A stretch of DNA of 63,988 bases, the filler included, from an uncultured bacterium (GTDB taxonomy: Bacteria; CAZSTA01), in the NCBI GenBank assembly GCA_964609495.1. It is 4 parts of 4 records of this genome, joined end to end, with 100 filler letters (N's around TTAATTAATTAA, not from the genome) between each part and the next. Parts side by side here need not be neighbours in the genome. Positions count along the whole stretch, not along the records: positions 19,591 to 38,884 come from CAZSTA010000055.1; positions 38,985 to 57,412 come from CAZSTA010000057.1; 2 more parts are not named here. One strand, given 5' to 3'. Below are positions 31,220 to 40,942 of the stretch, piece after piece. Within the stretch, counting starts at the first letter, position 1, and every line of letters begins with the position of its first letter. The position numbers and the translations under genes are program-made. A model generated the notes under the pieces. It ran no database searches and was not told the origin of the DNA. It saw nothing but the letters and a program-made list of their open reading frames with translations.

Positions 31220-33031
31220 TTACCTGCGTTTGAACATCCTGTTCAATTCCGAGAGCGTTATATTGATCATCGTTGGTCGTCCGTGAATACAGACCGAGGG
31301 ATTATCGAGCTTGAACATATCATCAATCAGAGCCTTCATCTCGGAGATGGTCAACTTATCACCAGCCCGAATCGAAGTGTGGCAAGCGATGATCTTCAAC
31401 ACCTCATCCCTTAAAATCTCGGGCTGTTTAATCTGATCTAAGGCGAGCAGATCATCTATTATATCGAGTATTACCTGTCTATTACTGCTCCTCTTCAGAT
31501 CCACAGGAACGGACTTGACTATGAAGGAACGTCCTCCAAAGGGCTCTATAATAAAACCTGTCTCGGCTAAGATATCGAGCTTCGGCTCCAATATCGCTAT
31601 CTCCCGGGGGGTAAGTTCCAAGGTGAGCGGAAGGAGAAGCTCCTGGGAGGATCTACTCTTTCTGCTATCGCTTTGAGAGCATAGCTTTTCGTATGATACC
31701 CTCTCGTGAGCGGCATGCTGATCGATCAGTAAAAGGCCAGCTTCATTTATAGCGATTATATAAGTAGCTTTCAATTGCCCTAGAACAAATACTTGTTTCT
31801 GAGCTTTAACCTCAGGCGAAGGATATCGCTCTAAAGACTCCTTGATCACAGGCGCGGAGGGATGAGATTCTTCTATCCTCTCCCTCGGTTCTGCTCTCCT
31901 TTCAATTGAGGTGAAATCGAGCAGACTTGACTGGAAAGATTTTCCCTTAGAAATATCACTCTCAGGGACTTTAACCGAAGGGGTGATTTTACCTTTTCTC
32001 CTCTCCTCCCCCTTAATAGTATGTAACTCGTAAGGCAATTTCCAAGAAGATAGACTCCTTGTTACCGCTTCCCTTATCATACCGTATATCTTTCGACCAT
32101 GGCGGAACTTGACCTGCAACTTAGTGGGATGAACGTTTACATCTATCTCCCCAGGATCTAACTCAAGGTATATTACCGCAATCGGATATCTCTGCGTAGC
32201 GATCAAATTGCGATAGGCTTCCTCCAAGGCCTTACTTATCAGCTCGTTCCTCACATAGCGTCCGTTGATGAATATAGACTGATGTTGCCGATTAGAGCGA
32301 GTAACTACAGATTTTCCCACGAAACCTTTTATAGTTATATCCCCTTCCTCAAAATCTAAAGTCAATAGTTCCTTAGCTAAATCCTTCCCGTATATATCGG
32401 CAATAGCAGTCAGGGCCTCTCCCTTGCCCGAGGTGGATAAAGCTAAGCGACCATTATGGCTTAATCTGAACGATACTTCGGGGTGTGCTAAAGCGTGTCT
32501 GCTGACTATATCGCTGATATGTCCCCACTCAGTTGAGGAGGTTTTCAAGAACTTGAGGCGGGCGGGGAAATTAGCGAAGAGATTGGTGACGATCACGGTT
32601 GTTCCTCCCGGATGAGCCACCTCCTCTATACTCAATATCTTTCCCGCCTCGGCGGTAACCTTAGTTCCTACTTTATCATCACTAGTCCTAGTTATCAACT
32701 CCACCTTAGATACAGCCGCAATACTTGGTAAAGCCTCCCCTCTGAAGCCCAAAGTGGTGATAGCAAAGAGGTCATCCGCCTCTGATATCTTGCTGGTCGA
32801 ATGTCTCTCTAAGGCCAGAAGCGCATCCTCCTGCAACATACCGACCCCGTTATCAGCTACTGATATCCTGGATTTTCCACCATCCATAACATCGATGATG
32901 ATGCGATTACTCCCCGCATCTAACGAGTTTTCAACTAACTCCTTCACCACCGAGGCCGGTCTCTCCACTACCTCTCCAGCCGCAATTAACTTCGCTACCT
33001 TCTCATCTAAAACCTTGATCTTACCAGCCAT
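31220..33031 (-). CDS. mutL: DNA mismatch repair endonuclease MutL
   Basis: IAAGEVVERP, GFRGEAL, DQHAAHER, C.HGRP. Confidence 0.96.
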   Translation of the reverse strand: MAGKIKVLDEKVAKLIAAGEVVERPASVVKELVENSLDAGSNRIIIDVMDGGKSRISVADNGVGMLQEDALLALERHSTSKISEADDLFAITTLGFRGEALPSIAAVSKVELITRTSDDKVGTKVTAEAGKILSIEEVAHPGGTTVIVTNLFANFPARLKFLKTSSTEWGHISDIVSRHALAHPEVSFRLSHNGRLALSTSGKGEALTAIADIYGKDLAKELLTLDFEEGDITIKGFVGKSVVTRSNRQHQSIFINGRYVRNELISKALEEAYRNLIATQRYPIAVIYLELDPGEIDVNVHPTKLQVKFRHGRKIYGMIREAVTRSLSSWKLPYELHTIKGEERRKGKITPSVKVPESDISKGKSFQSSLLDFTSIERRAEPRERIEESHPSAPVIKESLERYPSPEVKAQKQVFVLGQLKATYIIAINEAGLLLIDQHAAHERVSYEKLCSQSDSRKSRSSQELLLPLTLELTPREIAILEPKLDILAETGFIIEPFGGRSFIVKSVPVDLKRSSNRQVILDIIDDLLALDQIKQPEILRDEVLKIIACHTSIRAGDKLTISEMKALIDDMFKLDNPSVCIHGRPTMINITLSELNRMFKRR

Positions 33032-33077
33032 AATTCCTTACCCCAATATATCTATATCATAAAAGCTGCCTATTACG

Positions 33078-33106
33078 ATTATACTACAGCTAAGTATATA
33101 AGTCAA
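33078..33106 (-). promoter_or_regulatory. mutL operon promoter
   Basis: TTGACT-17-TATAAT on the minus strand. Confidence 0.65.
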
Positions 33107-33156
33107 GGGAAATATTGAGCTGGGTAAGCATGTAAACTTGTGCTGGGAAAGATATG

Positions 33157-33300
33157 ATTCTCCCCCTCTCCCACCAGGGGAGAGGGAACATCCAGATAAG
33201 TCTGCTTTCTTTATTTCCCCCTCCCTCGATTGGGAGGGGTTAGGGGAGGGGGATTACGAAGTAAAGACTTTTAAGGCGGTTTCAAGACCTCGATCTGATT
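33157..33300. repeat. REP/BIME-like palindromic repeat, copy C
   Basis: CCCTCTCCC..GGGGAGAGGG and CCCCTCCC-TCGATT-GGGAGGGGTTAGGGGAGGG; ends approximate. Confidence 0.82.
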
Positions 33301-33342
33301 TAGCGCGGAATTTTACATACTTAGAAATTAAGATAAAATTTC

Positions 33343-33371
33343 TTGACATATAATTATCGCTACTGTATAAT
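33343..33371 (+). promoter_or_regulatory. sigma70 promoter
   Basis: perfect TTGACA-17-TATAAT. Confidence 0.75.
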
Positions 33372-33437
33372 TAATATATGCTTTATTTTATAAAGCTAAG
33401 CAAGTTTCGATATCCTCGGTTATAAATTGGGGAAATT

Positions 33438-34199
33438 ATGATTCGGATAATAAATCTAACTAAGCGGTATTGGAAACTGGAGGCGATCTCCAACCTAAAT
33501 CTACACATAAAGCCAGGCGAGTTCTTCGGCTTTCTAGGACCTAATGGAGCAGGAAAGACTACTACTATAAAGATAATAACAGGGGTCTTGAGACCGACCA
33601 AGGGAAAGGTTTTTGTAGGAGGGTATGATATCCAGCAACAATCGATAAAAGCTAAACAGCTTATCGGTTATATCCCCGATAGACCCTCTATATATGAGAA
33701 ATTGACCGGGAGGGAGTTCTTGCGCTTCATCGCCAGATTATACAATAAGAACAGCGCCCATACCAATATGAGAATAGAAGAACTACTCGACCTATTCGAT
33801 CTAACGGAGATGAGCGATGAACTAGTCGAGAGCTATTCCCATGGAATGCGCCAAAAACTCGTTATGTCCGCCGCTTTTATCCACGATCCGAAGGTGATCG
33901 TAGTCGATGAGCCAATGGTAGGACTGGATCCAAAGAGCGCAAGCCTGGTGAAGGGGATCCTGAAGGAGATGTGTAGGCGAGGGATGAGCGTCTTTATGTC
34001 CACCCATACCTTGGAGATAGCGGAGCAGATGTGCGACAGGATCGGGATAATCCAGAAAGGGAAGCTGATCGCCTTAGGAACTTTAGACGAGTTATACGAA
34101 CAGGCTAAAACTTCGGAGAATAAGTTAGAGGAGCTTTTCCTCCAGTTGACCGGTGGACCGGAGATGTCGAAGCTGATCGAATATCTGGAGAGAAATTGA
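33438..34199 (+). CDS. ABC-2 type transporter ATP-binding protein
   Basis: GPNGAGKT, YSHGMRQK, VVDEP, STH. Confidence 0.92.
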   Translation: MIRIINLTKRYWKLEAISNLNLHIKPGEFFGFLGPNGAGKTTTIKIITGVLRPTKGKVFVGGYDIQQQSIKAKQLIGYIPDRPSIYEKLTGREFLRFIARLYNKNSAHTNMRIEELLDLFDLTEMSDELVESYSHGMRQKLVMSAAFIHDPKVIVVDEPMVGLDPKSASLVKGILKEMCRRGMSVFMSTHTLEIAEQMCDRIGIIQKGKLIALGTLDELYEQAKTSENKLEELFLQLTGGPEMSKLIEYLERN

Positions 34200-34217
34200 T
34201 TTGAAAGGCAGGGAAGA

Positions 34218-35129
34218 TTGATGAAAACTTTAGATGAGAAATTGGGTAGAGTCCTAATACCGCTAATCACTCCTTTTAAAGATGGGGGAAGCATAGATTA
34301 TGATAAACTAGGCGAATTAGTGAAGATGTTACTCGAGAAGGATTACGGAGATTCTATAATAGTCTCAGGCACCACCGGTGAATTTCACGCTTTGACCTTC
34401 GAGGAGAGAATCAAGCTATTCGAGAAGGTCAAGGAGACGGTAGGGGATAAAGTGCCTCTGGTAGCTGGAAGCGGAGCCGCCTCCACTCAACAAGCAGTGG
34501 CTTTGACCAAAGAAGCTGAGAGGATAGGTTACGATGTAGCTATGGTCGTAGCTCCCTACTACTGCAAGCCCACTCAAAAGGGGATATATGAGCATTTCAA
34601 AACTGTGGCCGAGTCAATCGATCTCCCTATCCTTCTTTATAATATCCCCCTCTTCACGGGAGTCAATATCGACCCTTGCACTGCATCCGAATTGGCTAAA
34701 ATAGAAAATGTCCTCGCTATCAAGGAAGAAGCAGGGATAAATCCTACTCAAACCTCCGATTTCGTCCTGGGGACTCCCGATAAATTCGTAGTCTATTGCG
34801 GAGATGATACTATGGTTCTACCAGTCTTGGCTCAGGGCGGAGTTGGAGTGGTGAGCGGTGGCTCTCAGGTAATAGGCGATATAATGAAGAGGATGATCGC
34901 TCTCTATTTCGAGGGCCAGGTTAAGGAGGCAACTGAGCTTCATCTCAAGATGCATCCCTTCTTCAAAGCCTTGGGAGGGAGAGGGCGGATAAATCCTATT
35001 CCCCTTCTCAAAGATGCGATAAGCATAACTTGGGAGGATGTTGGTAAACCTCGTCCCCCGCTATTGGGTGGGGATGAGGAGGAGAAGGAGGCTATGAGAA
35101 AGGTTCTTGAGAAATTAGGTAAGCTTTAG
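34218..35129 (+). CDS. dapA: 4-hydroxy-tetrahydrodipicolinate synthase family protein
   Basis: GTTGE, APYY, LYNIP, AIKE, GDD; exact substrate within the family not certain. Confidence 0.75.
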   Translation: MMKTLDEKLGRVLIPLITPFKDGGSIDYDKLGELVKMLLEKDYGDSIIVSGTTGEFHALTFEERIKLFEKVKETVGDKVPLVAGSGAASTQQAVALTKEAERIGYDVAMVVAPYYCKPTQKGIYEHFKTVAESIDLPILLYNIPLFTGVNIDPCTASELAKIENVLAIKEEAGINPTQTSDFVLGTPDKFVVYCGDDTMVLPVLAQGGVGVVSGGSQVIGDIMKRMIALYFEGQVKEATELHLKMHPFFKALGGRGRINPIPLLKDAISITWEDVGKPRPPLLGGDEEEKEAMRKVLEKLGKL

Positions 35130-35267
35130 GATCGATATCGAGAATTAGGAGAACAAAAGAGATTTTCTCACAGAGGTAAGAGAAGCATATAAAATCAGGG
35201 ATCTGATATTCCAGAAAGGATTTTGAATTCACCTTAATACGCAATATAGACTAGAGTCTTTACTTCG

Positions 35268-35382
35268 TGACCACCCTCCCCCTAACCCCCTCCCATCAAG
35301 GGAGGGGGGAATAAAGGGCTTTAGTTCAATCTCGACGTTCCCTCTCCCCTCGTGGGAGAGGGATAGGGTGAGGGGGGAATTA
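35268..35382. repeat. REP/BIME-like palindromic repeat, copy D
   Basis: CCCTCCCCCTAACCCCCTCCC-ATCAA-GGGAGGGG then CCCTCTCCC-CTCGT-GGGAGAGGG-ATAGGGTGAGGGG. Confidence 0.85.
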
Positions 35383-35596
35383 GATCCCAAATTTTATATG
35401 CATCGAGAGGTAAGCTATAATGATGTATGAGGTTTTTAAAAGTTGGAATGAGAATAGAAAAGAGCTTGAGAGAATCGTCAGAGAAATTCATGAACAAAAT
35501 AGACATTTCAGCTCTGAGGAGATAAAGCGGGATATTCAAGAAACGATAGAAGCCATAAGAAAAGATATCGAGAGTATTGGCTCCGATTCTTAAGGA

Positions 35597-36931
35597 GTGA
35601 TAAGCGTGTCCGACATCGTTGATAAAGTGAGAGAGGCGGGGATAATCGGGGCAGGTGGGGCTGGTTTCCCCACCCACGTCAAACTAGATGCTAAATGCGA
35701 ATATGTGATCGCTAATGGCGCGGAGTGCGAGCCTCTATTGCATTGTGATCAACAAGTTATGGCTACCTATCCCGATAAAGTTGTCAGGGGTATAGAGCTA
35801 GCGATGGAGGCAACTTCTGCCCTGCAAGGGATAATCGCCCTGAAGTGGAAATATAAGGAGGCGATCGAGGCTCTGGGAGAGTGCATACAACGGAGTAAGT
35901 ATCCGATAACTTTACATAAATTGGAAAACTACTATCCTGCTGGCGATGAACATATCTTAGTCTATGAGACTACTGGTAGGATCGTTCCTGAAGGTGGGAT
36001 CCCCCTCGATATAGGAGCGGTGGTAAGCAATGTAAGTACTTTGACTCAGATAGCGGAGGCAGAATTTGATACCCCTGTGACGCGACGGATGGTAACGATA
36101 ACGGGGGCAGTTCGATCTCCCAAAACCTTGAGCCTGCCGATAGGGACCTTGGTCCAGGAAGCTATAACCCTTGCTGGAGGAACAGAATTAAGCGACTTTA
36201 CGATTATAGATGGCGGACCGATGATGGGGAAGGTCATACCTCTTTCCTCCTCTATAGCCAAGACCACTAATGGAATCATAGTTCTACCCTCCGATCATCC
36301 TTTGATCCAGATGAAGACTATGAGCTTAGCTTCAAGCGTGAAGAGGGCTAGATCCGCCTGTGAGCAATGTTCTCTCTGCACCGAGTTCTGTCCTCGCTAT
36401 CTCCTAGGACATAATCTCTCCCCCCATCTCATAATGAGAGCAGTGGGTTGGGGCGTAGATATCGATTCTTCTATCATCGCTGGGGCGTATCTTTGTTGCG
36501 AATGTGGTTTGTGCGGATTATTTTTCGCCTGCCCGATGAAACTATCACCCGATAGATACAACGCCGCTTTGAAGGTGGAATTAGCTAAAGCCAAGATCGA
36601 AAATCCTCATCACAGAAGCGATCTCAAGGTCGATGAGAGAAGGGAGGGAAGAAGAGTCCCGATCTATAGATTGATCAGCCGATTGGCATTAAACGACTAT
36701 GATGTTGATGCTCCTTTATCGGAGGAGAGAATCGAAGTAGATCAGGTTAAGATATCCCTGAAACAGCATATAGGTGCTCCTTCTAAACCTGTGGTATCAG
36801 TTGGCGATAGAGTCAGAGAAGGAGATCTGATAGCTGATATTCCTCCCGGAGCTTTAGGAGCTAAAATTCATTCCAGCATCTCAGGAACAGTAAAAGAGAT
36901 CTCACCAGATTATATAGTTGTCAAGGGATAG
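35597..36931 (+). CDS. pduS: PduS-like cobalamin reductase (RnfC-like flavo-Fe-S protein)
   Basis: GAGGAGFPTHVK, NGAECEPLL, YPAGDE, GGPMMG, CEQCSLCTEFCPR.LLGH, QHIGAP. Confidence 0.8.
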   Translation: MISVSDIVDKVREAGIIGAGGAGFPTHVKLDAKCEYVIANGAECEPLLHCDQQVMATYPDKVVRGIELAMEATSALQGIIALKWKYKEAIEALGECIQRSKYPITLHKLENYYPAGDEHILVYETTGRIVPEGGIPLDIGAVVSNVSTLTQIAEAEFDTPVTRRMVTITGAVRSPKTLSLPIGTLVQEAITLAGGTELSDFTIIDGGPMMGKVIPLSSSIAKTTNGIIVLPSDHPLIQMKTMSLASSVKRARSACEQCSLCTEFCPRYLLGHNLSPHLIMRAVGWGVDIDSSIIAGAYLCCECGLCGLFFACPMKLSPDRYNAALKVELAKAKIENPHHRSDLKVDERREGRRVPIYRLISRLALNDYDVDAPLSEERIEVDQVKISLKQHIGAPSKPVVSVGDRVREGDLIADIPPGALGAKIHSSISGTVKEISPDYIVVKG

Positions 36932-37051
36932 AAAGGAAAATGGATGCGATCGATCCAATTCCATTTTACAACTACCAATTAAGGAAACAAATCAAATCAT
37001 TCTACGTATTAAAGATGAAATCTAATTAATTCCTAAAGGGGGTGAGTAAGA

Positions 37052-37294
37052 ATGATGAGCGTTATCACCTGGATCATAATAGGATTGATCGCTGGCTGGA
37101 TAGCTGGAGTGCTGATGCGGGGCAGGGGATTCGGTATAGTCGGCAACATAGCTGTGGGAATCATCGGAGCTATAATAGGAGGCTTCGTAGGTAAACTTGT
37201 GGGAATTGTCGCAACCAGCTTCCTAGGAAATATCGTTGTCGCTATCATCGGGGCAGTTATTCTCCTAGCTATTATTGGAGCGATAAGGAAATAG
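37052..37294 (+). CDS. GlsB/YeaQ/YmgE (transglycosylase-associated) membrane protein
   Basis: WIIIGLIAGWIA...GIIGAIIGG...AIIGAVILL. Confidence 0.9.
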   Translation: MMSVITWIIIGLIAGWIAGVLMRGRGFGIVGNIAVGIIGAIIGGFVGKLVGIVATSFLGNIVVAIIGAVILLAIIGAIRK

Positions 37295-37386
37295 GGTTTA
37301 GGACAATACTCCTCAAATTATCCCATCTATAGCTTAAAGATGATTTCAAACCGCTATGGATGGGGTAATTCTTATCAGGAGGGATT

Positions 37387-38709
37387 ATGGAGCGAGGAAA
37401 TTTATCAGAAGAAGTATTCGTGTTGCGCTATGGAGATAGAGAAATATCATTCTCTTTGCCAGATTGTAGGGTCTTGGGAGAGCTAAAACCCAATAAGATA
37501 CCAGGAGTTCTCGATCCCAAGGGGGCTGTAAGGGAAGCTCTGGAGAATCCAACCGATGCTCCTCCCTTGAGAGAACTTCTATCACCCACTAGCAAAATAG
37601 CTATCACGGTAAGCGATGTAACTAGGGTGACTAGGAGCGAAATAGTAGTCCCTATTATTGTGGAAGAACTGAATAAGGGCGGGGTCCCCGACGATAATAT
37701 CACCATCATCTTCGCAGTGGGATCTCATCGTCAGTTGACCGAGGAGGAGCATAGAAGATTGATAGGAGATGAGATCGCAGATCGTATCAAGCACTATAAT
37801 CATAACTGCTTAGATGAGGATAATTTAACCTATAAGGGAGAGACAAGTCGCGGTGTGCCAGTTTACATAAATAGCATAGTAGCGAACGCGGATGTTAAGA
37901 TCATAACTGGGGCAGTCAACTATCACGATTTCGCTGGCTATAGCGGCGGTTGTAAGGGAGTTGTGCCTGGTGTCTCCAGAAATGAAACGATCCAGCGTAA
38001 TCATCTTCTTATGTTCAACCCGAGACCTAAGAAGGGATTTAATCCCAATGCCTCGATGGGAATATTGGAGGGTAATCCAACCCGCGAGGATATGGAGGAG
38101 GCTACCAAGTTGGGAGTTCCTGACGCCTTCTTGGTGAATGTAGTTTTAAACTCGGATTACGAGCTGGTTAAAGTAGTCGCTGGAGATATTGTAACCGCTC
38201 ATCGAGAGGGATGTAAAGTTATAGATCAGATGTTCTCTGCTCCTGTTAAGGAGATGGCGGATCTATTGATAGTTAGCTCAGGAGGGTATCCTAAGGATAT
38301 AAGCTTCTATCAGGCTTCCAAACCATTCAACAGTATTGCTAATATCATCAAGCCAGGAGGGGTTATGATTCTCTTGGCAGAATGTCGAGAGGGGCTTGGC
38401 TCTTCGCTCTTCGCCTCCTGGTTCGCCAAAGGCTCGGCAGATGAACTAGAGGAAGCGCTTAGAAGCGACTTCCATATCGTAGGACAAGTCGCTTATAGGC
38501 TTTTGTTTATGCTTGGAAAGTTCAAGCTGATCTTAGTAGCTGACAAGATAGACGATCTTCTGCTCAAAGCAGGGGTGGAGCCCACCTCTTCCTTAGAGGA
38601 AGCCTTAACTAAGGCTAGGAAGATACTCCCTGATAATCCAAAGACCTATGTAGTGCCTCAGGGGAATATAACTTTCTGTTATGTAGATAAGCAATCGGCA
38701 TTAGGGTGA
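37387..38709 (+). CDS. larA: LarA family nickel-pincer racemase/epimerase
   Basis: SDVTR, GSHR, H.FAGYSGGCK, GGYPKD..YQ..K, AECREG.G; substrate may not be lactate. Confidence 0.85.
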   Translation: MERGNLSEEVFVLRYGDREISFSLPDCRVLGELKPNKIPGVLDPKGAVREALENPTDAPPLRELLSPTSKIAITVSDVTRVTRSEIVVPIIVEELNKGGVPDDNITIIFAVGSHRQLTEEEHRRLIGDEIADRIKHYNHNCLDEDNLTYKGETSRGVPVYINSIVANADVKIITGAVNYHDFAGYSGGCKGVVPGVSRNETIQRNHLLMFNPRPKKGFNPNASMGILEGNPTREDMEEATKLGVPDAFLVNVVLNSDYELVKVVAGDIVTAHREGCKVIDQMFSAPVKEMADLLIVSSGGYPKDISFYQASKPFNSIANIIKPGGVMILLAECREGLGSSLFASWFAKGSADELEEALRSDFHIVGQVAYRLLFMLGKFKLILVADKIDDLLLKAGVEPTSSLEEALTKARKILPDNPKTYVVPQGNITFCYVDKQSALG

Positions 38710-38837
38710 GTTCAAGACATAATTCCTCCTCATCCTAGCCCTCTCCCACGAGGGGAGAGGGAACATAATTAAGCCCCTCCCTTGACGGGAGGGGTTAGGG
38801 GAGGGTGATTTAAGACCTAATCTGATCTCGAACATCT
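38708..38837. repeat. REP/BIME-like palindromic repeat, copy E
   Basis: CCCTCTCCC-ACGAG-GGGAGAGGG and CCCCTCCC-TTGAC-GGGAGGGGTTAGGGGAGGGTGATTTAAG. Confidence 0.85.
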
Positions 38838-38884
38838 TAGACAAAAAATTTTGAAACTACTTAATAGATGAGGAGAAGCATCTC

Positions 38885-38984
38885 NNNNNNNNNNNNNNNN
38901 NNNNNNNNNNNNNNNNNNNNNNNNNNNNTTAATTAATTAANNNNNNNNNNNNNNNNNNNNNNNNNNNNNNNNNNNNNNNNNNNN
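38885..38984. other. artificial contig linker
   Basis: N-run-TTAATTAATTAA-N-run. Confidence 0.98.
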
Positions 38985-39716
38985 TTAGATCCAGAGCGGG
39001 ATGCGGCAAGCAGAAATCATAAAACAATACGTAAATCAGTAAATTGGATCATATCAATGCTCGATCTTCCAGAAGGTAATCATATATTAGATTTAGGCTG
39101 TGGTCCAGGATTATACAGTTCTCTGCTTTGCGAACGCGGATATAGGGTTACAGGTATAGATTACTCAAAAAGATCTATAAAATATGCCGAACAATTTGGG
39201 CTAGATCATAACTTATCAATAGAATATATCTATCAAGATTATCGAACGATGAATTATGATGAAGAGTTTGACGCAATATTGCTGATTTATTGTGACTTCG
39301 GAGCACTTACGAATGATGAGCGGGATATGTTACTAGGGAAGATAAAACGAGCCTTAAAACCAGATGGATATTTTGTATTCGATGTATTGACAACAAATTT
39401 TAGGAAAAAATCATCATTAGAGAAAAGTTGGAATATCTGTAAAAGTGGATTTTGGAAACCTAATCCTTATTTGGAGTTATCTCAAACATTTTACTATCCA
39501 GAAGAAGAGACCTATCTTGATCAAATAATAATTCTTGAAGAGAGCGGGAAATTGAGCGTTTATCGGATATGGGATCATTGTTATAACGTTGAAACCATCA
39601 CAAATCTTTTGAATCGCTATCAATTTACAATACATAATATTACGAGCGATCTAACAGGAGTGCCTTATTCAGACGAATCTGAGTCGTTAGGCATAATAGC
39701 TAAAAAATGTCTATGA
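38985..39716 (+). CDS. class I SAM-dependent methyltransferase (5' partial)
   Basis: frame open from the contig edge (LDPERDAASR); ILDLGCGPG, GIDYS, LKPDG. Confidence 0.88.
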   Translation, partial: LDPERDAASRNHKTIRKSVNWIISMLDLPEGNHILDLGCGPGLYSSLLCERGYRVTGIDYSKRSIKYAEQFGLDHNLSIEYIYQDYRTMNYDEEFDAILLIYCDFGALTNDERDMLLGKIKRALKPDGYFVFDVLTTNFRKKSSLEKSWNICKSGFWKPNPYLELSQTFYYPEEETYLDQIIILEESGKLSVYRIWDHCYNVETITNLLNRYQFTIHNITSDLTGVPYSDESESLGIIAKKCL

Positions 39717-39749
39717 TTATATGATAACATCTTCGACCCCCAAGGAGGT

Positions 39750-40841
39750 ATGAAAATGAATGAATTCCTCGGACTAAATCTTGGCTTGGGAGCATTACCG
39801 CTATTGTCTGATGCGCGGACACGCTCCATCTCAGCCGAGAATCCAACTGCCGCAAAAGGCATGGGTGGAATGGCCATTCCGAACCCAGCCGATCCAGATC
39901 TCCCTCACTCGGAGGCAGCGGTTGATCTCGGTCAAGGCTGGAAGGTCAGGCCGTTTCTTAAGCCGAAGGCCGGCGAGACCGTGACGCTCATGGACATCGA
40001 TGGCCCAGGGATCATCCAGCATATTTGGATGGCGACCGCGGTGAACTGGTTGGGCAATGGCCGGGCGTCTGTGCTACGCTTCTATTGGGATGGCGAGGAC
40101 ACGCCATCGGTCGAGGTCCCGATGACCGACTTCTTTGCGATCGGGCATGAACTCTTTGCCCCGGTCAATTCTCTAGCGGTGATTGTGAATCCAACCTCGG
40201 CGCTCAACTGTTACTGGCCCATGCCTTTCCGACGGCATGCCAAGGTGACTTTCACGAACGAGTCGAACAAGGATCTCGAGGTTTTAGCCTTTCAGATCAC
40301 CTATGCCGAGACAGAGATCCCTGAGAAAACGGGCTATTTTCATGCCCAGTGGCGACGTGCGGTGACGGATCGGACGCATCCCGAGTATGTGATCTTGGAT
40401 GGCGTCAAAGGTCCGGGGCGCTATGTCGGCACCTTTCTAGCCTGGACTCAACTGTCAGATGGCTGGTTCGGAGAAGGAGAGATCAAGTTTTTCATAGACG
40501 GAGACGACCAGTTCCCGACGATCTGCGGCACCGGAACGGAAGACTATTTTTGCGGTAGCTACGGTTTTCCCCAAGTCTATAGCACAGCCTATGTCGGCAA
40601 TACGCTCAAGCACTCGGGCGAGGACGGTCCGCCGAAGTGGAGCTTGTATCGATGGCACATCATGGATCCGATCTGCTTCCAGAAGGACTTGCGGGTTACC
40701 ATCCAGGCGCTAGGCTGGTGGCCAAACCATAGATACCAACCCCTTGCAGACGACATTGCCTCGGTAGCCTATTGGTATCAGGGAGAGCCTCACACAGAAT
40801 TCCCCGAATTCCCACCCCTTGAGAGGAGATGGCCGAGATAG
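39750..40841 (+). CDS. DUF2961 / GH172 family protein
   Basis: SISAENPT, LGQGWKVRP, GWFGEGE, GTGTEDY. Confidence 0.9.
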   Translation: MKMNEFLGLNLGLGALPLLSDARTRSISAENPTAAKGMGGMAIPNPADPDLPHSEAAVDLGQGWKVRPFLKPKAGETVTLMDIDGPGIIQHIWMATAVNWLGNGRASVLRFYWDGEDTPSVEVPMTDFFAIGHELFAPVNSLAVIVNPTSALNCYWPMPFRRHAKVTFTNESNKDLEVLAFQITYAETEIPEKTGYFHAQWRRAVTDRTHPEYVILDGVKGPGRYVGTFLAWTQLSDGWFGEGEIKFFIDGDDQFPTICGTGTEDYFCGSYGFPQVYSTAYVGNTLKHSGEDGPPKWSLYRWHIMDPICFQKDLRVTIQALGWWPNHRYQPLADDIASVAYWYQGEPHTEFPEFPPLERRWPR

Positions 40842-40942
40842 ATCAGAACAGACGATATCGCCTGACAAAGGCTATCTGGAGAGAAGTACCCGAGGATGTT
40901 GGAGAAGTGCTTTATAAATCTAGGGAGAGGATTGATTGAGCG

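Noticed and set aside
33138-33353. Short ORFs over the palindromic repeats (also 35321-35677)
   Set aside because: Their translations (PPLPPGERE, PSPYPSPTRGEG) merely read through the repeat; there is no independent coding evidence.
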